A stretch of 53,693 nucleotides of DNA, from positions 1 to 53,693 of the IMG/VR virus record IMGVR_UViG_3300035682_001576; one strand, given 5' to 3'. This DNA comes from a virus. Its lineage: Duplodnaviria > Caudoviricetes. The stretch's first letter is position 1; every line of letters begins with the position of its first letter. Both the position numbers and the translations under genes were made by a program. Shown piece by piece: positions 27,172 to 34,011 of this stretch. The notes below the pieces were generated by a model, which did not search any database, was not told the origin of the DNA, and saw nothing but the letters and a program-made list of their open reading frames with translations.

Positions 27172-27489
27172 TCAATACCAATAAGGCAAGTGTGGTTTTG
27201 TTTCAATTACAACATCTTCCGCTTTACCATGCATATAATTGTGTATCAATCTTTTTGAACGAGCACGATATGGCGCTTGTGAACATTCACGGCGAAACCA
27301 AGCGGGCCCATTCCAATGCATGATAAATTTGCCTGAGCGGCGCTCGGCGATTTGTTTTTTACCTTCTTTACTCTTTGGATTCAGATAGAATTTATAATGA
27401 GTGTAATGATATTCATCCATTCTTACCCATTCATAAAGTTTATCTTTGATCATATACTCATCGTGTCTAAAACGATATGTTCTACTCAT
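27172..27489 (-). CDS. Basic hypothetical protein
   Basis: MSRTYR...P.WFRR...; AAGGAG SD. Confidence 0.7.
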   Translation of the reverse strand: MSRTYRFRHDEYMIKDKLYEWVRMDEYHYTHYKFYLNPKSKEGKKQIAERRSGKFIMHWNGPAWFRRECSQAPYRARSKRLIHNYMHGKAEDVVIETKPHLPYWY

Positions 27490-27510
27490 GTATTTCTCCT
27501 TATACGTAAC

Positions 27511-27552
27511 CTAACGCATTCGGAAAAAATACCTTTCTATAAATTTAAACAT
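27511..27552 (-). CDS. Putative 13-aa leader peptide MFKFIERYFFRMR
   Basis: AGGAG SD; stop codon lies in a hairpin next to the downstream SD. Confidence 0.4.
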   Translation of the reverse strand: MFKFIERYFFRMR

Positions 27553-27567
27553 AACTACTCCTAAAAT

Positions 27568-27657
27568 TGGAGGGAAAGGTGAGATTCGAACTCACGGAGC
27601 GTTTCCACTCGACAGTTTTCAAGACTGTTGCAATAAACCGGACTCTGCCACTGACCC
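27568..27657 (-). tRNA. tRNA-Ser(UGA), two acceptor-stem mismatches
   Basis: Loop CTTGAAA, long variable arm; acceptor GGGTCAG/CTTTCCC. Confidence 0.75.
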
Positions 27658-27658
27658 A

Positions 27659-28195
27659 TTACTTACTCAAATATTTTTCAATATCTTCCATTACTAATTG
27701 AAACCCACGTTTATTAAATCTATGTGTTTCACCATCAACAATAGTAATCAAACTTGGTTTAACTTCTGTAATTAATTCACTATGATCAATAACTTCATCA
27801 TATTTGGAAAGAAAATATCTAACCATTGTTTCTGGGGGAATTATTTTTTCATATTTGTTGGCAATTTCTGATTCTACTTTTAATTCAACCAAAGTTTTAC
27901 TTGGTTCAAAACATGGATTTGCCAACCACATTTCGGCATGATATATGTCTGCTAGTTTTTTGGCATACCATGCACCCAAACTAGTACCGACAAAAACTAC
28001 TTTTCTGTATTTGTGAACACCATCAATAAGTGTAGAATCAAGTTTTATACATAATTCTTTAATTGAATGTTCGGGATCACGATGATCAATATTCCATGAT
28101 AAAACTATATCATTTGGGAATGCTGCCCCTAATTGTCTTACTTTATCAGAATTGGCATTAGAGCCAAAACCATGGAAATAAACTATTAAATTCAT
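27659..28195 (-). CDS. YqiA/YcfP-like alpha/beta hydrolase (esterase)
   Basis: HGFGS, GTSLG, NP, DEVID, HRF. Confidence 0.85.
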   Translation of the reverse strand: MNLIVYFHGFGSNANSDKVRQLGAAFPNDIVLSWNIDHRDPEHSIKELCIKLDSTLIDGVHKYRKVVFVGTSLGAWYAKKLADIYHAEMWLANPCFEPSKTLVELKVESEIANKYEKIIPPETMVRYFLSKYDEVIDHSELITEVKPSLITIVDGETHRFNKRGFQLVMEDIEKYLSK

Positions 28196-28280
28196 GTGAT
28201 CTCCTATCTACATAACTAGTGTATCATAGATAGTAATTATTGTCAAGTATTTTTTTGTTGCATTTTTACAACACTAAGAC

Positions 28281-28838
28281 TTACTTGGGATATCCCAAAC
28301 CAATTTTGCGATGTGAATATCCGCCAATATCACGATGATAATGATCTGGGGATTCTGGATCTAACTGTATTTTCTTACCAGTCAAGTTTTTAATTCGTTC
28401 TGGTTTAATAAGAGGAAAATCTTTCTTTCTAAGAATATGTTCTATTGCCCCAGAAAATTCTCCCCATGATCTTTGCATTTTCTTATCATCATCAATTATT
28501 TTCATCAAATCTGATTTGCCTTCTTTTGTACCATTAGTGGCAACAGCAATAGATTTTCTTCCATGATTTAATTTGTATATTAAAGTAGCAGTTATTACAC
28601 CATTACGCTCAACCATTTTGATTGCTGAATTAGAGATATCATTATTAATGGATTTTAATTCTTCATCTTTATCTGATATTCCCCCATAACCATTAATATC
28701 TTTATACGAGTTTTGTAACATTGTAATGAGTTGATCACGATATTTCTCACGATATTTTTCATCTTTGGGATTTATTCCAACACTAATAAATCGTTCATTG
28801 AGAACGTTTTCTTTTAGAATTTCATTGATTGCGACCAT
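28281..28838 (-). CDS. Hypothetical protein
   Basis: ORF track; likely start 5 nt after GATAAATA. Confidence 0.7.
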   Translation of the reverse strand: MVAINEILKENVLNERFISVGINPKDEKYREKYRDQLITMLQNSYKDINGYGGISDKDEELKSINNDISNSAIKMVERNGVITATLIYKLNHGRKSIAVATNGTKEGKSDLMKIIDDDKKMQRSWGEFSGAIEHILRKKDFPLIKPERIKNLTGKKIQLDPESPDHYHRDIGGYSHRKIGLGYPK

Positions 28839-28863
28839 AAATCTATTTATCACAAAACTATAA

Positions 28864-28941
28864 TGGACGTGCCGGTCAGATTCGAACTGACGGTTTTAGG
28901 GATTTGCAGTCCCTTGCATTGGGCCACTCTGCCACAGCACG
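28864..28941 (-). tRNA. tRNA-Cys(GCA)
   Basis: Loop CTGCAAA, U73-CCA. Confidence 0.92.
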
Positions 28942-28950
28942 ATATTACTT

Positions 28951-29028
28951 TGGTACCCTGTCTCAGATTTGAACTGAGAGAATTTCTCCTTTTGAGAGAG
29001 ATGACTTTGCCAATTTGTCCAACAGGGC
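28951..29028 (-). tRNA. tRNA-Leu(CAA) with short variable loop
   Basis: Loop CTCAAAA; only about 6 nt of variable region. Confidence 0.82.
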
Positions 29029-29036
29029 ATAATATT

Positions 29037-29111
29037 TGGTACTCGGTATTGGTAACGATCCAATATCTGCGCCTTATCAAGACGCTGCTAATCCATTTCA
29101 GCTAACCGAGC
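29037..29111 (-). tRNA. tRNA-Ile(GAU) with atypical T-loop
   Basis: Loop TTGATAA; T-loop ATCGTTA. Confidence 0.82.
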
Positions 29112-29120
29112 ATTAAAACT

Positions 29121-29197
29121 TGGAACCCATGGAGGAAGTCGAATCCCCAACCTTTTCGTTCGTAGCGAAGTGCTCTAATCCATTGAGCTACACGGGT
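29121..29197 (-). tRNA. tRNA-Arg(ACG)
   Basis: Loop CTACGAA. Confidence 0.88.
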
Positions 29198-29204
29198 ATA
29201 ATTA

Positions 29205-29281
29205 TGGTAGTGAAGAGTGGATTCGAACCACCGACCTTGTGAATATGAGTCACCTGCTCTAACCATCTGAGCTACATCACC
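29205..29281 (-). tRNA. tRNA-Met(CAU), elongator type (Ile2 not excluded)
   Basis: Loop CTCATAT, CCA. Confidence 0.8.
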
Positions 29282-29882
29282 ATTTTACTGTTCTTGGTAA
29301 ATCATTAATGATAATTTTAATTTCTTCCCAGTTTAGTATCCAATCTGAATACTTTCCAGGATTTTTAATTGGCATTTTTACTATGTCTAATTCTACTTCA
29401 TATCCAAGAATCTTGGGTATATTATTAATATCGTTACAAAATTCCGAATAATCAATTATTATTGTATTTTTTTGTAATTTATTATCGATAGTTTTAAAGA
29501 ATTGTACTACACGATTATAGTGATGAAAAAAATCATTTATATTCAGTATAAATGGTTTAATGATTATATTTGGTATATTATAATGTTTGAATATATGCCA
29601 ATGTCCTATATGAGGTTGAATACAAAAACTTAAAGCCGATTCAACCATATCACGAGTACTTAAGATACACTGTGTATCTTCTAAGATTAGATCAAGATCA
29701 TCTATTATATGTGTATGAACCAAATCTAGATATTTCATTGGCAAATGATTATTAATACCTGCATGATGAAACTTAAGATTATTATTATAAATATTCTGTA
29801 ATGATGCACAAATTAATCTACTACCTGTTCGTCCAGGACTTATTACTATCCAACTATCAGTATTATTAGGATATCTTTTCAT
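29277..29882 (-). CDS. Sulfotransferase-like protein
   Basis: SPGRTGS, RD..E...S, IDYSEF; start uncertain. Confidence 0.55.
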   Translation of the reverse strand: MKRYPNNTDSWIVISPGRTGSRLICASLQNIYNNNLKFHHAGINNHLPMKYLDLVHTHIIDDLDLILEDTQCILSTRDMVESALSFCIQPHIGHWHIFKHYNIPNIIIKPFILNINDFFHHYNRVVQFFKTIDNKLQKNTIIIDYSEFCNDINNIPKILGYEVELDIVKMPIKNPGKYSDWILNWEEIKIIINDLPRTVKW

Positions 29883-29890
29883 ATCTTGTA

Positions 29891-30013
29891 TTGTCATATT
29901 GAAACACACTATACAGGACTTGAACCTGTTGACCTACAAGACCACTAGGATCCGGCTATGACCACTCATATCAGCGACCGCGATGATCGCCTTGATGTAT
30001 TTCAATATGACAA
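29891..30013 (-). repeat. Stem-bracketed cassette with tRNA-mimic payload
   Basis: TTGTCATATTGAAATACAT ... GTGTGTTTCAATATGACAA enclosing TATGA-GTGG-TCATA and ACAGG-TTCAAGT-CCTGT. Confidence 0.75.
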
Positions 30014-30208
30014 CTGGTAGGGGCACAGAGACTTGAACTCTGATTTATCGGTTAAAAGCCGATTACTTTCGCCACTTAAGTTATACCCCCGTTGTTTTTC
30101 CTGCTTTCGTACAGCCTTGTTAGACTTACGATGACTACCTGCCCCTGTCTTTTTTAGTACCAAACAAACGAAGGGATTACGTTTGGGTACGGTCAGTTTT
30201 GACTTCAT
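30002..30208 (-). CDS. Small basic ArfA-like ORF reading through tRNA-Lys
   Basis: AAGGAG SD; MKSKLTVPKRNPF...KKTGAGSHRKSNK...; no stop before the tRNA 5' end at 30090. Confidence 0.55.
   Translation of the reverse strand: MKSKLTVPKRNPFVCLVLKKTGAGSHRKSNKAVRKQEKQRGYNLSGESNRLLTDKSEFKSLCPYQLSY
30015..30090 (-). tRNA. tRNA-Lys(UUU)
   Basis: Loop CTTTTAA, CCA. Confidence 0.9.
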
Positions 30209-30212
30209 TTTA

Positions 30213-30341
30213 CTACTCCTTTTCAATTTTACGACCGCTTTTGCGTGACTTCACGCCAACGGTAAACTTGACTTTCTTACCACGGCCTGCTTGAGTAACA
30301 CGGCAGTCGTGATAGCAACGCTTAGATCCATAAGCTCTCAT
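30213..30341 (-). CDS. Small basic protein (42 aa, not in ORF track)
   Basis: MRAYGSKRCYHDCRVTQAGRGKKVKFTVGVKSRKSGRKIEKE with AAGGAG SD, behind promoter 30369-30397. Confidence 0.6.
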   Translation of the reverse strand: MRAYGSKRCYHDCRVTQAGRGKKVKFTVGVKSRKSGRKIEKE

Positions 30342-30429
30342 TAATTACTCCTTTGATTCAATATAATAATTATACAATAATTATGATTTATTGTCAATTA
30401 TTTATGTGTTGTATTTTTACAACAGTATT

Positions 30430-30504
30430 TGGCGGGCACCCTAGGACTCGAACCTAGATGAATGGATTTGGAGTCCATAATCTTGCCAATTAGATGAAGC
30501 ACCC
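30430..30504 (-). tRNA. tRNA-Trp(CCA)
   Basis: Loop CTCCAAA, GCCA. Confidence 0.9.
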
Positions 30505-30519
30505 ATATGACCTATAAAC

Positions 30520-30603
30520 TGGTGCCCCAAGAGAGATTTGAACTCTCACACCTTTCGGTACTGGCTTCTAAGACCAGCGTGTCTGCCGTTCCACCATCGG
30601 GGC
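30520..30603 (-). tRNA. tRNA-Leu(UAG)
   Basis: Loop CTTAGAA, variable arm. Confidence 0.92.
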
Positions 30604-30615
30604 ATATTTAAAACT

Positions 30616-30690
30616 TGGAGCAGGATATCGGGTTCGAACCGATGACATTTTCGTTGGCAACGAAACATTCTACCACTGAATTAATCCTGC
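30616..30690 (-). tRNA. tRNA-Gly(GCC)
   Basis: Loop TTGCCAA. Confidence 0.92.
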
Positions 30691-30697
30691 TTAAAAC

Positions 30698-30773
30698 TGG
30701 TCTGAGTACAAGGATTTGAACCTTGGACGCCTGGTCCCAAACCAGGTATGTTACCAGACTACACTATACTCAG
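30698..30773 (-). tRNA. tRNA-Pro(UGG)
   Basis: Loop TTTGGGA, C1-G72. Confidence 0.92.
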
Positions 30774-30779
30774 ATGAAA

Positions 30780-32153
30780 CTACTTAACCACCCACCAACA
30801 AGCGCCAATAAATCCCACTTTAGTAAGTAATTCATTTACTGATCGTCTGACAGGTAAATGTGGATAATCATGTCCACTAATTATACCACCCTTTTTTACT
30901 TTTGGTAACCATGATATAATATCTTGTTTAACACTATCATAATCATGTGCCGCATCAATAAATACAAAATCCAAACTATTATCTAAATATGTTTCTGCAG
31001 CCTCAATACTAGACATTCTTTTAGCATTATAGTAACCTTCAACTGGTTTCATGTTTGAAATAAACACTTCATACAATTGATTATTAACTACATCCGAATC
31101 CTCAAATGATTGACCCTGTTGATGTTCTTCACTACCCTGCCAAGTATCTACACAATCAAATGTGATTGATTTGCCACTGTTGACAATTTCAACCGCCATG
31201 TAACTACTACTACGACCTTTATAACTTCCAATTTCTACAAAATGAGCGGGACCAGAAAACTTCTCTAACATCTTTCTGAGAAAAATAAAATCATGATCAT
31301 TAAAAAATCCATCAATCTTTTTATAAAAATGTGGAATATGTTTAACAACACAATTTTTATCAAATGCCAATAGAAAATCTTTTGGTAATGTATTCTTATC
31401 AAACTTGATAAATTGATTGTCTAATCTTCCAAATAAATCTTTACCCTGTTCAATAGCAGATTGAATATTTTCAATACTATTATATTGTTCTGTATTATAT
31501 TCCTGATGAGCAAAACTATTTAATTTAGTTTTAATATGTTCTACATCACCCCAATAACTTAAATGCCAACCACCATTTGAAATTCCAGATAGTGTATTTC
31601 TATTTGATCTAAACCATTGCGGACCGCGTTGTTTCATATTTTTAACAGTAGTAACAACTGATCCAGACCATGAATTAACTTGTTTCTGATTAAAGTTATA
31701 ATAAAACATATCTTGAATCAGTGAAAGTGCATATTCTTCATTTACTACATAGTTTAATTGTCTGACACTTTCTTTAATGGCAGTAATATTTGGTATTTCA
31801 TCTACATCACTAATAATAACAATATCATCATCTTTAAATAATTTAATCGCCTGAGAAATATGATTACGTTGAGCATTTTCAACCGCCCATTGTGGTGAAA
31901 ATGATTCAGTACGTTGAGATTTTATATTCCAATTATACTGACTAGCATCAATTGATAATGGAAAATATAATATTTTTTTGGAATATTTTCTATATCTGTC
32001 AATGTTATTGGCATAATTTAATGATTTAGATTTTCCACTGTGGGTGATATCACTTTCAACTATAACAAAATAGTCTACAGTATCATATAGATATTTCAAT
32101 CTACCTTCTAGAATATCATACTCATTGAAAAACATAAAACAATCTATTATCAT
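30780..32153 (-). CDS. GT17-like glycosyltransferase fused to a class I SAM methyltransferase
   Basis: N-terminal DCFMFFNE..ILE.RL, QRN, SDVDEIP, GWHLS; C-terminal VEIGSYKGRS, FIDAAHDY, GGIISGHDY. Confidence 0.85.
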   Translation of the reverse strand: MIIDCFMFFNEYDILEGRLKYLYDTVDYFVIVESDITHSGKSKSLNYANNIDRYRKYSKKILYFPLSIDASQYNWNIKSQRTESFSPQWAVENAQRNHISQAIKLFKDDDIVIISDVDEIPNITAIKESVRQLNYVVNEEYALSLIQDMFYYNFNQKQVNSWSGSVVTTVKNMKQRGPQWFRSNRNTLSGISNGGWHLSYWGDVEHIKTKLNSFAHQEYNTEQYNSIENIQSAIEQGKDLFGRLDNQFIKFDKNTLPKDFLLAFDKNCVVKHIPHFYKKIDGFFNDHDFIFLRKMLEKFSGPAHFVEIGSYKGRSSSYMAVEIVNSGKSITFDCVDTWQGSEEHQQGQSFEDSDVVNNQLYEVFISNMKPVEGYYNAKRMSSIEAAETYLDNSLDFVFIDAAHDYDSVKQDIISWLPKVKKGGIISGHDYPHLPVRRSVNELLTKVGFIGACWWVVK

Positions 32154-32170
32154 ATAATTATCTTTAATTA

Positions 32171-32249
32171 TGGAAGCGGAGGCAGGATTCGCACCTACGA
32201 TCTCTAGCTTATGAGACTAGCGGGGACGACTAGACTCCCCTACTCCGCG
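32171..32249 (-). tRNA. Initiator-like tRNA-Met(CAU), divergent
   Basis: C1 mismatch, CGCGGAG acceptor, loop CTCATAA; lacks the three G-C anticodon-stem pairs; T-loop TGCGAAT. Confidence 0.7.
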
Positions 32250-32268
32250 TCAGAACTACTATTTACTC

Positions 32269-32297
32269 AGTATAACATTGTTAAAATTAAATGTCAA
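32269..32297 (-). promoter_or_regulatory. Internal sigma70 promoter TTGACA-N17-TATACT
   Basis: Read directly upstream of the initiator-like tRNA. Confidence 0.65.
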
Positions 32298-32303
32298 TTG
32301 ATT

Positions 32304-32378
32304 TGGTGCTCTTACACAGAATCGAACTGAGATTTCTGACATACCAAGTCAGTGTTATAACCATTAAACTATAAGAGC
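32304..32378 (-). tRNA. tRNA-Thr(GGU)
   Basis: Loop TTGGTAT. Confidence 0.88.
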
Positions 32379-32385
32379 AAATATT

Positions 32386-32463
32386 TGGCATCCCCCCAAG
32401 GATTTGAACTTGGACCGCTCGGCTCCAGACCGACTACGCTACCAGATTACGCCATACGGAGAT
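32386..32463 (-). tRNA. Atypical or pseudo tRNA (UGG-centred loop with C33)
   Basis: 6-bp acceptor ATCTCC/GGGGAT, loop TCTGGAG, 8-nt T-loop, GCCA end. Confidence 0.5.
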
Positions 32464-32470
32464 AAAAACT

Positions 32471-32559
32471 TGGTGGACGAAGGTAGGACTCGAACCTACT
32501 ACAAAGCTACGAAGGCAGCATAACTCATGCTACGAGCCGTTTCCTAACGGCGTTCGCCC
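32471..32559 (-). ncRNA. tRNA-like RNA with G3-U70/A73 (Ala identity) and no canonical anticodon loop
   Basis: GGGCGAA/TTCGTCC-ACCA; 6-bp D-stem GCCGTT-AGGA-AACGGC; arm GTAGCAT-GAGTT-ATGCTGC; T-arm GTAGG-TTCGAGT-CCTAC. Confidence 0.7.
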
Positions 32560-32567
32560 ATAAAACT

Positions 32568-32642
32568 TGGTACTGCATACGGGTTACGATCCCGTCTGGT
32601 CACCTTGAAAGGGTGATGACCTCACCAGAAGTCCAATGCAGC
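32568..32642 (-). tRNA. tRNA-Glu(UUC), second copy with atypical T-loop
   Basis: Loop CTTTCAA; T-loop ATCGTAA. Confidence 0.82.
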
Positions 32643-32724
32643 ATTGATCTGTGCCTTACTCCTTAAGTCACTTCCACTACTTTTATAAGTAGGGCGAGTT
32701 AGGCTAATCCATTATGGGCGAATT

Positions 32725-32801
32725 TGGCAGGGATAGTTGGATTCGAACCAACGATACTGATTTCAAAGACCAGTGCCTTAGACCAACTAGGCGATATCCC
32801 A
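32725..32801 (-). tRNA. tRNA-Gln(UUG)
   Basis: Loop CTTTGAA, GCCA. Confidence 0.9.
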
Positions 32802-32806
32802 ACAAA

Positions 32807-33313
32807 CTATAAAATATCTTTCCATCTGATTACTAACGATTCGTTGTAAACAGACCTCTTACCTTTTCTTGCATTTTCTCTACGAGGAAGATATTGTAAA
32901 TTGTCTTGATGATGTAATCCACCGTTGGCTAATGCAACAATATGATCAACTTGATAACCATCAGGAGTTGACTCGTATATTAATTTAATCAATACTAAAT
33001 CTGCATCTGGAGATATAGCGTTTTTCTTTTTTGCTCTGTAAGCATTAACTTTTGCCTTGTTCCCAGATTTCTTATGCTCTTCGGATACTCTTCCTCTTAG
33101 ATCCCAATATAATTTTTTCTTTTCTGATAACATGTCTAAGACATCTTGTTGAAAGGTTTTTCCTTTGAACCCGCTAACTTTACCTTTGTTGGCAATACTT
33201 TTTTTAAGTTTACTATCTTCTGTAAATTTTCTACTATTAGCACATGATCTTGAACAAAATTTCCCAGATCCAAAAGATCCATCGTGATCTACATTGCATT
33301 TAATACATAACAT
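32807..33313 (-). CDS. HNH endonuclease
   Basis: YQVDHIVA..GG.HH..NLQYL...EN.RK; N-terminal KFCSRSCANSR. Confidence 0.85.
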   Translation of the reverse strand: MLCIKCNVDHDGSFGSGKFCSRSCANSRKFTEDSKLKKSIANKGKVSGFKGKTFQQDVLDMLSEKKKLYWDLRGRVSEEHKKSGNKAKVNAYRAKKKNAISPDADLVLIKLIYESTPDGYQVDHIVALANGGLHHQDNLQYLPRRENARKGKRSVYNESLVIRWKDIL

Positions 33314-33368
33314 AAGTTATTCTCCCAACTGTATTTATACAATCGAACCTACGTTATAAATTACTTTT

Positions 33369-33446
33369 TGGCTGTCCGGTTTGGAATCGAACCAAACTTT
33401 ATACTGATTAACAGTCAGTCGCATACACCTTGCTTGCTCCCGGACA
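33369..33446 (-). tRNA. tRNA-Asn(GUU)
   Basis: Loop CTGTTAA, GCCA. Confidence 0.85.
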
Positions 33447-33453
33447 ATAAATT

Positions 33454-33528
33454 TGGTGGACCGTAAGGGAATCGAACCCTTGCCTCATGCTTGCAAAGCA
33501 CATGTGCTACCATTATCACTAACAGCCC
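33454..33528 (-). tRNA. tRNA-Ala(UGC)
   Basis: Loop TTTGCAA, G3-U70. Confidence 0.92.
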
Positions 33529-33534
33529 ATATTA

Positions 33535-33617
33535 ACAATTTATTGAACACACTATACAATTAAACCGTTGCAATGCCATTGCTGATTCAGGTTCGTGTAA
33601 TGCGCTCAATAAATTGT
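33535..33617 (-). repeat. Stem-bracketed cassette, divergent covarying copy
   Basis: ACAATTTATTGAGCGCATT ... AGTGTGTTCAATAAATTGT. Confidence 0.7.
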
Positions 33618-33747
33618 AGTGGCTGTCCCACTACTGTCCATCTTACTTTTGCCGTTACCGCCAGCAATTTCAACTCCGGAACCCCGCCCATTTAGTGTTT
33701 TATTATAGTGATTCACACGGCTCTCGTTGCCTACATTCACTTACTAC

Positions 33748-33782
33748 AAAAACAAAAAACCTCAGACTTTTGATCTGAGGTT
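33748..33782 (-). terminator. Intrinsic terminator (attenuator)
   Basis: AACCTCAGA-TCAAAAG-TCTGAGGTT followed by TTTTGTTTTT. Confidence 0.85.
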
Positions 33783-33810
33783 CTTAGAATTTTGGTGTTA
33801 GATTATCAAA

Positions 33811-34005
33811 TTACGATACACTACACCCTTCTAGAACCTCAGTACTGCCGCGATCTTTCCCACAAATTTCTGTGGCCGGATTACTGGCTGTATTCTGATT
33901 ATGTTGTTCTGATGCCAATACATAAAAACTGGGCCAATAACCTTCCGCGGATGTTCTAAACATCTCTAAAGTTGGTATTGAGCGAATGAGTTTTGTATTC
34001 ATCAT
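33811..34005 (-). CDS. Putative attenuator leader peptide (64 aa, all 20 amino acids)
   Basis: Leaderless start 6 nt after TATAAT; its last codons carry the antiterminator strand CTGAGGTTCTAGAA. Confidence 0.75.
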   Translation of the reverse strand: MMNTKLIRSIPTLEMFRTSAEGYWPSFYVLASEQHNQNTASNPATEICGKDRGSTEVLEGCSVS

Positions 34006-34011
34006 GTTAGT

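Noticed and set aside
28850-29105. ORFs overlapping tRNA-Cys/Leu/Ile (also 9714..9911, 10105..10290, 16873..17061)
   Set aside because: Explained by the tRNA genes; no translation signals.
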